Assembly (NCBI RefSeq): GCF_009914755.1
Contig: NC_060942.1
Length of the DNA: 64,000 nt
Reading direction: 5' to 3' (one strand)
DNA from: the human T2T-CHM13v2.0 reference genome, Homo sapiens
Below the pieces are notes generated by a model. It saw only the letters and a program-made list of their open reading frames with translations, was not told the origin of the DNA and made no database searches. The translations under genes and the position numbers were made by a program. Positions 14,491 through 28,373 of this stretch are shown in pieces (the first letter of the stretch is position 1; the number at the start of each line of letters is the position of its first letter).

Positions 14491-16759
14491 CACTGATTGA
14501 TTTAATGACAGCCCGTTTGGGAATTTTCTCCATTTGGCTGGCAGGATAAATGGAATGTCTTGCAGCACTCAAAGTAAAGGTCTTTAAGGAGAAGTTTTAT
14601 CTGCTTTTAACCACCTCCTAACAAGTGGGAAAGAAGAGAGAAACAACTCTATGTGTCTGTTCAGGTTTATTTTTCCTCTGAGTAATCAAACTGTGGAAAG
14701 CAGCTTTGACCACGTAGGGAAAGAGCCAGCCACTGAACTGTGATCCGAGCTCATCCTGTAACAGAGGGCCTGAGGCACTTTCTAGAAGAATGAGTTTTCT
14801 GCCTGAGTGTTTCTTTCAGAGAAGAGAGAAATGAAATGTCACAGCAATTATCTGGGCAGCGGCAGTGCAGGGAAAGCTGGCTGTGGCCAGAGTCCCAATT
14901 ACTGGATTAGGCAGAGACGGATCTCAGCAACTCCTGTTGCTTCAAGGTGAGCTCAGTAACAGCGTGATGGAAAGGATGAAAATTCCAAAGAAGGGTCCTG
15001 GAAACTCACAAACGAGGCTGACTTGCTTTTGTGAGAAGGCTTTGGGATCCACATTTACAAACAATTTCTCTAATCCCCAGTTCTGCCATTCCACATAATG
15101 AGAAACTGTTACCAAAGGTCTGTCTGCAACGATAATAGCAGAGTGCCCTCCTTGCCCATTCCTTCCATTCTAATTAACTTCTTATTAATATACATAAGCC
15201 TAATACATGCTGGCCACAAGACAGCAATTTCTATTCACTTTCACCTCTTTGCCAGCCTTCTAAGAACATGAGACAGCAGCATCTTTGATGGTACTTTGTC
15301 AGTAAGAGTTCTGATAGGTATTAACAAACCTATCCTTAAAAATAGAGTGTGCTGTGCACAAAACATAGCACACATCAATTTCAAAAAAAGACCAGTCTTT
15401 CTCATGAAATAAAGTTTATGGAAAGATTAAAGTCACTGGCAATGCCCCATCATGAATGAATTTAAAAAGTGTACCTGTCAAATTAGCTCGTGTGTACAAA
15501 TACTAGACAAAGCACACATGTCCAGAAAAGAGGCACAGTCAATCTCCACAACTGTGAAGCCAGCTGCAGGACTCTGTGAGGCATTGGCTTGTAATTCTCA
15601 TATGCTTGTTTCTTGAGTAGGCTAGAATATTGAAGTTATTTGATGTTACATAACTCCTCCTAAGGCTGATGTCTTGAAAAGAGGGTAAAGTTTAGATGAA
15701 ATAAATCCTGAGTCTGATTCAATGTTTTTCTTTAGTAAGATTCTTGAAAAGAGCTTATATTTGATGAACTGACTAAGCTGGACTGTAGTGATAACTCTTT
15801 CTGGAAATTGTATCTGTCAATCTACTAATTTCTTTGAAGTTAATCGATTATTTCCAATTACTAACTTACCTCCTGATAGATGAAATTGCCTGTATTTATC
15901 AGGAAATAATTAGAAAGCAATACTTTACACCTGCACAAAACCTGCCCCAAATGATAGGGCTTCTCACCAACCGAAAGGAAGAATATAAATGATTTTAAAT
16001 TTAATTATGTGTTGGCATTGCTCAGATATAACTCGTCTAAGATTCTTTGAGAAGAGTTACATCTTTTTTATGGTAATGAAATGCCACCATCACTGTAGTC
16101 GGATAATTTTACCCACTGAAAATGCATATTAAATGTGAAAAATATAAAGTTGTAAAGTTGTTAGAGTGTTGCCTCAGGAAGTTAACATCTTGAGATTATA
16201 TTAACCTTTACAAAATACCCTCATACATTAAGGCAGGATATAAACAAAAGCAGAGGCAGTAATCCTCTATTTTGCTAACACAGGAAAAATAATAGCCCAG
16301 TTTTTAGTCTACTAATTTTTAAAATAATATACAGAATAAATTTGACATAAGTATTATTGCAAATCAGATGTCTTCTACTTATTTTATTAAGACTTTATCA
16401 CTGTTTTCCCAATGAGATGTAATTTTTCCTCTTTTGAATTGCCATAACATTTTTTTCCTTCTTTTCTTATTTGGCACTTACTGTTTTCTATTTGATGTTA
16501 CAGATAACATTGCATAGAGCTCTTAGGTTGTAATATTTTCTTACTTCCTCACAGTGCTATCACTAAGCCTTATATTGTATTCATTTCTTCTTACTATTCA
16601 TTCTTTCATCAAATATTAAGGCAGGCAGTAGTGCACTAAAAAAAGTGATTATTGCCTCCTTGTAATGTTCTCTAAATAGCAGTTGTTAATATCAAAGAAA
16701 AGGAGTGAAAACCAGACTGTGCCCCAGGTGAAAGAATCTAGAACTACCAATAGCCTTGA

Positions 16760-17270
16760 CAAAGATTCAAAGCCGAATCTAATCAAGACTCTATATCTGC
16801 TACTAATTTTCAGGAATATAGAGAGGAGAAAGGAATATAGGCAGCAAAAGTGTGCAACAGCAAATCTAGTCTGTGGACATATCCGCAGGTCAGTCAGTCT
16901 GGGATCTTTGACAGATAAATTGCAAGGAAAATAAAGGGATGAAGAGGGAACCTGTAGATTAAAAGAGACATACAAGACATATAAATGGGTCTAGGGATGC
17001 ACACTTAGGTGGTAAAACAATGGAGAATTGCAAGGAAGTGATTACCATAAAGGTCAAGACAATAGTTATTTTGGAGGGAAGAAGTCTATGATAAAGATGG
17101 ACCTATTGAAGGGCTTCTGGGTAGGAGGGCAAAGTTCCATGACTTATTGTGAAGGATGGTTATACAGGCTAAAGGATTGTAAGAGTTACAAACGCTGAAG
17201 ATAATTCATTAAGCTATCATTTAATGTGGTTTTCTGTATCTGTGTGTATTTTAAATAAAATGGTTAAACT
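16760..17270 (+). mobile_element. Old L1MC/ME 3'-region fragment
   Basis: ccgaatctaatcaagactcta...ataaattgcaagg...gaacctgtagattaaaagagaca. Confidence 0.6.
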
Positions 17271-17659
17271 CTTGTATGTGTAGTACCAAATTATACATAC
17301 AACAGTTTATCTACTGTTAAATTTTTTTAATTTTAATCAGCTGTATTTATTGTATAGCATTTGTGCATTAGATCATGTTTTCAAATCTCTGTGAAAGTTT
17401 AGGTTATCTGAAATGCCAGAAGTTAATCTTACCAGATTTGGGGAGAAATAAAAAAGGTTTTTGTTTTCTGTTTTATGTTATTTTTAGAATCTCTTAAATA
17501 AACTAAATCAATTGTATCATATGTTATTTTAAAATTATTATTATTATATATTTAGAAATAAATGTTCTGCATATTACCATTTACAAGTTTTTATGTTATA
17601 GAGACAAGCATTTTCACTTCATGATCTGTTCTTTAGCTTCAACTTATTCCTACTGTTAT

Positions 17660-17945
17660 CCTTCATAGCAGAGAGGACGGTTTTGAGATGAGACCAACTT
17701 CATTGGAATCCTCTGTCAAGTACTAGCAATACAACTGCAGGCAGGACACTTAACAACTGTATTGTCTCTGTTTCTTAATGTACAAAATAGAACTAAAAAT
17801 CGTTTTAGCAAGTCACTGGATTGTAAACAGAATTTAATATAATTATTGAAAACATGGACCCTAGTACATAAAAAACTTACATTCAGCATTAACTGTCATC
17901 ATTTTTGCTATTATTATTACCAAGCATTACTATTATTACTAGTAT
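17660..17945 (+). mobile_element. MIR
   Basis: tctgtttcttaatgtacaaaatag core and ctattattattac tail. Confidence 0.55.
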
Positions 17946-19878
17946 ACTGACCTATAAGAAAAAAAATGGAGTCGTGAGCTAAAAGGAAATACTTCTTCAT
18001 TTGACATTTTAAATGTTTTCAGATTTTCTATAATCCATTAAGATGTTTCAAAATTAGAAATTCCTATTCTTTAAGAAGTTTATCATCAGCAGCAATATGC
18101 TGAAGACTAGCTAAAAAAGATTAAATATTTGAAATTTAGGAACACCTAACCTCATTTTGTAAATGAGATTATTAATCTTGACTCGTCTTTAACCTAAAAA
18201 CTAACAGAATCAACTATGAAAAGCACCTATCATTCTGAAATCACTAAAATTGTCCATTCTCGGAAAAAAGTGAAAAAAAGCATAAAATGTTTCTTCATTA
18301 ACTCCGTGTAAAAAGAAAGGTGCATGTAGTTCTTCAGCATTGCTTATCTCCAATATTTTCCTGACAAGCATTCAAGATCACAAAATGCCCCTAGCAAGTC
18401 AGTAAACTCTATAAAGAAAACTACTTCCACAACAAGTTTTGGCCATGGGTTATAAATGTGATAGCTTTATCAAGCAGAATCAATGTCTTAAGTAATCAGA
18501 CTGTTTCAGCCATTTGTGGAAGATACAGCATAATAAATCTGAGGTGTGGTTCTATTCTGAGAATCAATCAGTTTTAGGGTGCCCTCAGTGACCGAGGCAT
18601 TTTATTACGCTTATCTCACACTTCAGTGTCTCCAGTCTCAGATATCAGCTGAGCAACCTCTAAACTTAACCGCACAACTTGATTCTCCAAGCCATTTGAC
18701 TTTAATATAAAAGCAAATAAAATTAATTATAATAGCTGTCTTTCAAGGGGTGGGAATCGGTTCCCAGCATATACAATTTTAAGGCAACAAATTGAAATCA
18801 GCAGGAAAGAAACATTTGCAGTTCAGCTTATTTTTATGGAGTTATTTTTACTATTTTTAGTTTTTCTTTATTTCTCTACGTTCTATTAAAAAAAACACAC
18901 AAAAATGGAGCCATTCAGTTTGGCTTATTTTTTCTATTGCATTGAAACAGTAAATGAAATATAAAGCCACTAATCTATGGATTTACCTAATTTCAGAGTA
19001 TTTTAATATTTTCCTTTAGATACTCTGCTTACCAAATGGCTTCTCATTAAGTGGGATTTTAAAATTTTCCTGTCTTACAATTAGTTTCTTCTCTTCCCCA
19101 TTATATTTTCAAATTGCTTATAACAAAGAAGCTAAATCATCCTGCGCTTATTTTGTTTCTTTTTAGTTCTTCTTTTCATAAATCACTTATGCTAGAGAAA
19201 TTACCCATTATGCCTCTGGAAAAGATATTAAGTGCTATTATTAAACATGATTCATCCAATGTACTTTATCTGTATACATGTGTAATACAATTGCTTTAAC
19301 ACAAAAAACTTTGTTAGTTTATTTTGTCAGAACTGGTTATTTGGGGGGAAAAGGGTTCATGTGAATATTTTGTCTTCTTCAGACTTTTTCTATTTCAGTT
19401 CTATAATAGTTTCAGAAAGATAGATTGTTTTTCTTATTTATGAAAGTGACCTCTGAAAAGCATGGGACATCATTTTTACAGTGGTTGATATCACATGCCC
19501 TTATTTAACCTGGCCTCTCTGAATCAACCACTGAGCAGTTTGGACACTGCACAGATTAGAAATGTTATCACTATCATTTTGATAAATTTTATTCTTCAAG
19601 AAATGTGTGACTTTACATTACATTCTTTTCAGATAATGTGATACATGACTTTTGAAATATTTCTTTAATGATTTTTCTTGTTATAACAAACAAGTTTATT
19701 TTAAAGTACATGTTCTTCTGAGTAAAATAATGCATAGCCACCAAAGAAAATTTGGAGAAAGAAAAGAGCACCAAGGATAAAATGAATTTTTTTATTTTAA
19801 AATTGATTCATATCTCCCAGAGACAATTGTATTGGTATTTGGGTATAAACATATGCCCAGCCTTTTTCTTTACTTTGA

Positions 19879-19917
19879 TTTTGTTTTGTTTTGTTTTGTT
19901 TTGTTTTGTTTTGTTTT
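19879..19917 (+). repeat. (TTTTG)n pentanucleotide repeat within an old L1M fragment
   Basis: About 8 perfect units. Confidence 0.95.
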
Positions 19918-20249
19918 AGTGACTCATGGCTTTAAGACTACTTTTTAATCAGCCTTTTCCTCAGCAACATGCCTTGGGCATTTTCCCCAATCATAAATGT
20001 TCTTAAACAACATCATTTATAATGGCTATATAGTATTCTAGTCCATATGTCTGTAGCATAATTAATATAACCAACACTCATTGTCAGGCATCTAGGTTGT
20101 TTCCTGATCTTTTGTTTGTTTGCTTGCTTCTGCTATTAAGTGCCAAAATTAAAAATCATTAATTAATTTTTAATGAATAGTTCTAGTTTTAAATGATAAT
20201 TTCAAGGCCACCAAATATCGGAAGATTATGTAAACTATTAAAACAGCCA

Positions 20250-21025
20250 CGTAAGTAGTTTCCCAAACTCGTCTCCTCCTCTACAGCCTGCTTCAATCCA
20301 TCTGTTGCTTTGCAGCAAGCATGATCTCAGTAGAAATGACTGCTGTGGTCCCATTGTAATGACTCCCTTTGGTCATTGTGTTAAAGTCTAAACTGCTTTC
20401 CAGGACTTTTAAGGCCCTTTACACTGGGGGCTGTATTTTCTCTCCAACCCCTTTGTCCCACCTCTTCACACGGTCCCTCTGGGCTGCCAAGTCAGCCACA
20501 CTGATGTTTTAATTACCAAAAGTTACTGTTCTTTCTCTCAGATTAAAACCATCTTATGTGCTTTTCCCTTGCCTGGGCAACCTAACCCAGGCTCCTTATC
20601 TCTGCTGTAGGTAAAAATGATCAGAATTGTTCTTGCAGAGTGTTGAGTAAAAGAAAGTAGGGCTTATATAGGAAACAATTTCTGTTAGCTATTGTCAATA
20701 CATATTATAAATAACATTGGCAAAGGAAGAAGGAAAAATTCAAATTTCAGTCTTCTTCTTTAACACCATCACTTTCAGAGGCCTTTTATGATGCTCTAGT
20801 TCTGGGAACCCTTTTTCCTCCATCCTATGCACTCCATGGCCCACCCATGCCAAGGGTTCTTTCATATCATCTGAACCCCACCCTCCCATGATAAGGCACA
20901 TAATGTTTTATATGAATATATGTTTAACGGTGCAATCATCTCTTTCTACAGTAGATCACAAGGCCCCTGAGAACAGAAATGGTGTGTTTTTTCTCCTGGT
21001 AAAGAGTGCCCACAACAAATAAATA
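20250..21025 (+). mobile_element. Degraded L2 fragments
   Basis: aaagtctaaactgctttccaggacttttaaggccctt; ttttcccttgcctggg; tagatcacaaggcccctgagaacaga. Confidence 0.5.
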
Positions 21026-21026
21026 T

Positions 21027-21183
21027 ACATAGTGTCTGATTTACCATGGTTCAACTTGAAGATTTTTCAACTTCATGATGGCAAGAAAGCCACATGCATT
21101 CGGTACGCTCCTTGACTGATAATGGAGCTACATCCTCAAACTTTTCCAGAAGTTACCCCATAGTAAGTCATGGAGCATCAGTA
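21027..21183 (-). mobile_element. MER47-like Tc1/Tigger MITE
   Basis: accatggttcaacttgaagatttttcaactt...ccccatagtaagtcatggagcatcagta, TA flanks. Confidence 0.65.
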
Positions 21184-21258
21184 CTTGTTACAGAAATAAA
21201 TCTTATCTCAAATTTCTAAAAAGAATTATGTCTTTCTTATTAAAATTAAAATGCAAGA

Positions 21259-21679
21259 TGTTATGGTTTGGATGTTTTGTCACCTCCAAATCTCGTATTG
21301 AAATGCAAGCTCCAATGTTGAAGGAGGGTCTAGTGGGAGATATTTGGATCATGGGGGTGGATCCTTCATGAGTGTCCTAGTGCTGTCATCACCGTAATGA
21401 GTGAGTTCTCACTCTGAGTTCACACGAAATCAGGTTATTTAAGAGTCTGTCATGGCCTCCCTGTCTTGCTCTCTCTTTCTCACCATGTGATATGCTGGCT
21501 CTCTCTTGGCCTTCTGCTATGATTAAAAGCTTCCTGAGGCCTCAACAGAAGTCAAACAGATGCTGGCACCATGCTTGTACAGCCTGCAGAAATGTGAGCC
21601 AACTAAACCTCTTCTTTATTTTAAATAAATTACCCTAGTCCTAGGTATTCTTTATAGCAACAGAAAACTGACCAACACA
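21259..21679 (+). mobile_element. MSTB-like MaLR solo LTR
   Basis: TG...CA ends; tgttatggtttggatg start; TSD CAAGA/GAAGA. Confidence 0.9.
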
Positions 21680-22369
21680 GAAGATAAATTACAATATTTT
21701 TCTATAAAATTTAAGCCAAAGAAAGTAGGAATTGATATAAGAAACTATCTCCTTTAGCTCTTATTTTTAATAACTTTAAAAATGGAAGAAATGATAATTA
21801 GTAGCTATTAAATGATATATGAAAGATAGATTGAAAGTCCATTATTAAAAATTTGTTTGATTTTATGATGTTATATATACTATTTTTGTATTGATTTATC
21901 TGATTATAAAGCCTCCATTTTCACCTAACACTTTGCAGAAGCATTTTACCATATTATTAAATAATTATTGAATTTAAAAGTAATTATGTTGTTGAATTAA
22001 AATTTCTAAACATAAATCTGGTAATTATAATAACAATTTTATGAAATGCTCTTTTGTTAATATTAATTCCTAGCAATATCACAGACATTTGATAATGGTT
22101 TCCCAATCACTACATAGTAAGGCAAGAAAAAAGGAAAATCCATTTTGTACAACATTCAGAAAATTCTTCTTAAATAAGATGCAAAACCACCTTCAATAAG
22201 AGGTTAATATGTCAAATGCAAGAAAACTGTATAAAAATGCACCAAGCAGGAAATAAGATGACTCACAATTTTATAGAATTCATTTACTCTTGATAAATCT
22301 AATGAAAGAAATTCCAAAGGGAAGATTTAGTGAGTAACAGAGATTTATTTTTAAAAAATAGCTATGACC

Positions 22370-22654
<285 letters not shown>

Positions 22655-25600
22655 CTATGACCCACACTGTAGAAGAAGTATAGTGCAGAAAAGTTGCAGG
22701 AAGAAATAGAAAGTCACTTTGGTTTAAATTACCAAAAACTCTACCTTATTTCTCTATTTCACATGAGTTTTGGTTAAATATAAACCAAAAACAATTCAGC
22801 CAAATGAAAACAGAGGTAATTCAAACTAGAAATGTCAGAAAGAGGATTGATTTTCCCTAAACAAAATTTTTGAGGTTAATGTCTGGGTTCCCAGAAGAGA
22901 GCAATACAAAGAGAAAAATGACCTGGGGGAGAGCATGTTTGTCTGTTGTTTTAACTTGGTGAATAAATATTTAGGTTCAGATGACTTGAGGACTCTCATT
23001 GAAAAGTTGTTTTCACTGAGACAACGAAAAAACAAGACTTTTAACTTTATAATTCATTATCACAAAGTAGACTTATGATGTCTAAGAAGGTCAGTTGCTC
23101 AGAAAAATGAAGACATTTTGTGCTGTTGAGGTTTAGAAAATCTCCTTTCAATTATATTGACAAATGGTTTAATTCTTCAATTTACTATGTGATGACAGAG
23201 TTTTCATAATCTGTAAGAATAGAATATATACATGTATACAATCATCAATTATTCCTTTTAACTCTGATTTCAATTAGAAACAGAGATACTTTTTAAAGAG
23301 ATACTATGATAAATTATACACATTATATGAACTGTCCATGTTTTCTAAGTCTGTAGGCTAGAAAATCAGTGGCATGTATTAAGAAAATTGTTATTTATCT
23401 GTGTTTATGGATGAACACATTAACACATTTAGGACAATGATTTTTGTGACTGTTATTTCTATCTTCATTCTATGGCCAGAATTATGCCATAGAGGATGAG
23501 ATTCAGGACCAAACCAGTTCAGCCTTCAATGAAACTACTTAAGCTTCCTCAGAAAATCTTAAGTCAAATGTTTTTATATTGACACATATGCTTGTTCTGC
23601 AGCCTCAGTTATGGACACAGACTTCCAATTGGTATTGGTGTTGTGTAGTCAAATTTTCTCTGACTTTGACTTTGGTGACGAGTATCTACCAAAGGGAGTA
23701 TATGCCCTGTTGGATAAATAACGTACGAAGGAATATGAACAGGGGAAAGGTCAAAATACATTTCTGCTCAGAGAGTAAGGTGGAGTCCTTGTACTGTGGA
23801 AGCAAAGGCAGTAATTCCCAGCAAGCTACACTTAAAAAATTTCATGGCTAAAACGGAGGCTTACGAAGGAGAGATTCGAAACCCACTCACTTAGTGATTA
23901 GTATGATTAAGAGCTATCAATAAATCAGGAACTGCACAGCACAAAAAGAGATAAGCTCCTGCATTTATGGTTTATTCTGTAACAGAGGCAAACATACTGT
24001 TGAGACAGTAAACTCATCATGAAGAAAGTTTTTTTATCTCAAAGGGTAAAAGTTCATGAGCATGTATAGGTTGGTTTTATTTCATAGGTTGTGTCCTTTT
24101 ATAGAGGGTGGAGATGGGGGACAGGGTGTGAAGGTGCTCTTGAAGGCCCTTGTGAGGTTTTATGAAAGAAGTGAGTAATGAGAAATAATGGCCTGAGATA
24201 TATTAACTAGTCTATGCAAAATAAAATACATGTAATCCTTTTTAAAATACATATTTCTGTATTCTGGATGTGTTCAAAGTAATAAAAAATAAAACAATTA
24301 CACTGCAAAGTAGGTGGTGCTATAATTTTGCTTGAACCTGTTTCTACAGTTTGATGTTCTTCACTTGATATTCCATAAAACCATAACACTGTTAAGAGCC
24401 ATCTCATGAATATGTGGGGAAACAAACAAAATAAACCAAACAGACCATAGTATTTCCAAATAGATTTCTCACCAAAAAATCCTGATCTAATGTAAAGCAT
24501 ATATATGATAATGTTTGAGAACTGTCAATTAACAAGCAATACACATTTTCTTGAAATACTGGCTGAAAGTTTATAAGCTTAACTGAAACTTCTTGCGGTA
24601 CGAGTATACAAATAAGCTGTTAAGAAAAGTAATATGAATGGTGCCTATCCTTTCAAACCCGTTTTTTACTTTATTATGACAGTAAAGTCTATTATAATAA
24701 TTTATCTTAATTATTAATTATATGGTTTTTGGAACTAAGATTATGTATGCATATGGGAAGTACATGTGTGTATTTAAATTTCTGCTTGAAAAAGTATAGG
24801 TTTTTTGCTTTCTTGTTTTTTCTTCAAAGTTTCTTGGACACATTTTGAAGTTTTAAACTGAAATTTTTATTGTACCCATTTAAATCCCTTTCTTTTCTGG
24901 GATCATTTTTATTCTTCTAGCCTTGTATAGCCCCAGCCATAGAGAAGTACTTGTTCTATTATAATTAGTATAATAAATGATGTCATTAATGGTATCCACA
25001 TAGCTAAGAAAATTAGTTTTACTTATGTTTTCTTAGATGGTTTTGCTGCCAAGAAATTCTTATTGGAAGATAGTTGAACAAAATATAAAAATGTTCAGAA
25101 GCATGCTAATTCTATTTCTGGATTTGTGCTGTATGTTAAATTTTGGCACTTTCTAACTTTTAATAATGTAAAAGGTTAAACACTCAATGCAAATGTATTT
25201 TAGAGTATCTACACTAAATGCCACATTAATCTCAGTGTAATTAATGAGCTTACCCTGTATGTATTAAGCAGGAAACTAGGATTATTTCCCTCAGAACTCA
25301 TGAACCTAGCAGAATAACAGATTAGAAAAATAAATTTTGCAGCTTCTGTCCTGACTAGAAACAAACTAGATGGTCCATAAATGCATTTTGATTTAATTTT
25401 CTAAGATTCAGAAGTACAGTATAAATCTCATTTATCCATCACTATAGTTCCATTATCATCAGCCTTAGGGATCAATATTTTACAAGGAAGATTAGGTAAT
25501 CAGAGACTCACACCACTGGGCAGGTTATAATATAATATCATTATGTTAAATGACAAGCTCACTTAGTAATCAGATTGCATGCAAATTGACTGTTACGTCT

Positions 25601-25868
25601 ACAAATTTCTAAAATGTAAACACGATCCAATCAAGTACATCATGTATTCATATGGAAAGTAGAATCAATATTGGACTTACATCAAGTTTTATACAGACCT
25701 TGTCAGGAGATGCTGATGAATATATTATGGGCAAACTATATCTTAGTTGCTTATTATCTAAAATGTCAGGTTACATAGTTTTATTGTCAGTTTATTGATA
25801 ATGACCACTATTTGTTACTCTCAATCACAAAATGTCAAAGCCTATAGAAACTTAGAGATGTTCTAGGT

Positions 25869-25946
25869 CAGTAGTTCTTAGCGTGTGGGCCCCAAATTAG
25901 CATCATCAGCATCACCTGGGACCTTGTTAGAACTGCAAGTCCTCAG
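25869..25946 (+). mobile_element. MER5A left part
   Basis: cagtagttcttagcgtgtgg...cagcatcacctgggaccttgttagaactgcaa. Confidence 0.8.
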
Positions 25947-28342
25947 TGTGGAGGTTTTTTTTAATGCAATCAAAGTTAAGCTGTTATGAGCTTAAAATAA
26001 CCTGTTATAACTATAAGATGTTTCCTATAAGCCTCACAGTAACCATAAAGCAAAAACTCCTATAGTAGATACACAGAAAACAGAAAGTAAGAAATCAAAG
26101 TATGTCACTGGAGAGAATCGTTTAATCACAAAGGAAGACAACAAGAGATGAAGAACGCAGCAAATGATCTACAAAACAACCAAAAAACAATTAGCAAAAT
26201 AGCAGTAGTAAATCCTTGCTTATCAATAATTACTTTGAATGAAAATAGATTAAAATTGTCAATCAAAAACATGGAATGGCTGAAGGTATTAAAAAGAAAG
26301 ACACAACCATATGCTGCTTATAAGAGACTCACTTCATTTTTAAGGACACATATAGACTGAAAGTAAAATGATAGAAAAACATATTCCATGCAAATAGAAA
26401 CCAAAAGAGAGCAGGGGTAGCTATACATGTATCATATAAAATAGACTTTAAGTCAAAAACTGTAAAATGAAACAAATAAGATCATTATATAATGACAATG
26501 GTGTAAATTCATCAAGAGAATACAATTGTAAACATATGTGCACCCCAAATTGGAGCACCTAAATAAATAAAGCAAATATTAATAAATTATTGAAGGGAGA
26601 GATAGACTCTAAAACAATAATAATAAGAGACTGCAATATCTTACTTTTAGCAATGGATAGATCATCCAGAGAAAAAAAATCAATAAGGAAACATTGGACT
26701 TAAACTATACCTTAGACCAAATGGATCTAACAGACATATACAAAGCATTCCATACAATAGCAGCAGAATATACATTTTTCTAAGCACACATGGACTATTC
26801 CATGTTAGATCACATGTTAGGCCACAATACAAGTCTGAACAAATTTAAGAGGACTGAAATCCTGTCAAGTCTCTTTTCTGACCACAATGGTATAAAACTA
26901 TAAATTAATAACAAGAGGAATTTTAGAAAATTCACAAATACATGGAAATTAAGCAGCATGCTTTTGAAAAACAAATGGACCAGTGAAGAAATTAAAAGAG
27001 AAATTTAAATATACCTTGAGACAAATAAGGGACACAGCATACCAAAATTTATGAGGGCCAGCAAAAGCAGTTCAAAGGTTAGCTAATACCAATAAATGCC
27101 TACACCAAAAAAGAAGAAATGTTTCAAACAACCTAATGTCACACCTCAAAAAACTACAAAAAGAACAACAAAATAACCCTAAAGTTAGCAGAAGGAAGGA
27201 ATAATAAAGATCACTCAAAGTAAACGAGTTAGAGACAAGAAAAACAATAGAAAAGAGCAACAGAACTAAAAGTTGGTTGTTTTTGAAAGATAAACAAAAT
27301 CAACAAACTTTTACCTAGACTAAGAGAAACAGAGAAGAGACTCAAGTAAATAAAATGAGAACTGAAAGAGGAGACATCACAACTGATGACATTACCACTA
27401 CAGTAATGCAAAGGATCGTAAGACACTGCTAGAACAATTATACACCAACAAATTGGATAACCTAGAAGAAATGGAAAAATTCCTAAACATATACAATCTA
27501 TCCAGACTGAATCATGAAGAAATAGAAAATGTGAACAGAACAATAACAAGTACAAAGATTGAATCAGTAATAAAAGTCTCCCATCAGTGAAAACCCTAGG
27601 ACCTGATGCCTTCACAACTGAACTCAGCCAAACATTTAAAAAATAGGGAACATTAATCATTCCCAAACTCCTGTCACTCTTCCAAAACATAGAAGAAGAG
27701 AAAATACTTGCAAACTTATTTTACAAGGCCAGCATTACCATGATATCAAAATCAAAGACCTACAAGTAAATCACAAGCCCTTATCTTTGATAAACATAGA
27801 TACAAAAATCCTCAACAGAAAACTAGCAAACAGAATTCAACAGGACACTAAAAGGATCATTCACCATGATCAAGTGGGATTTATCCCAGGGATTCAAGGG
27901 TCATTCAACATAGGCAAATCTTATACTCACAACATATGCAAATGTAACATACCACATTAACAGAACGAAGGACAAAAATTATATAATCAATTCAGAATGC
28001 AGAAAAAGCATTGGACAAAATTCAACGTCCTTTCATAATAAGAAAAACCTCAATAAATTAGGTATAGAAAGAATATACCTCAACACAAGAAAGGCCATCT
28101 ATGACAAACCCACAGTTAACATCATACTCAAGAGTGAAAAGTTGAAAATTTTTCTCTAAGATACAGAACAAGACAAGGATGCCCCACTTCTCTGTAACAT
28201 AGTACTGGAAAAGCCTAGCCAAAATAAGCAGGAAGAAAAAAGAAATAAAGGGCATTGAATTGAAAAGGAAGAAGTTAAATTGTCCCTATTTGCAGACAAC
28301 ATGATCTTATATATAGAAAACCCTAAGACTTCACACACACAG

Positions 28343-28373
<31 letters not shown>

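Noticed and set aside
16649-16975. Overlapping 108- and 83-aa ORFs
   Set aside because: Lie largely in an old L1M fragment; no homology recognised
7697-19747. Intronic ACCAAAGA matches (about 7697 and 19740)
   Set aside because: Intronic and at roughly chance frequency; not in mature mRNA
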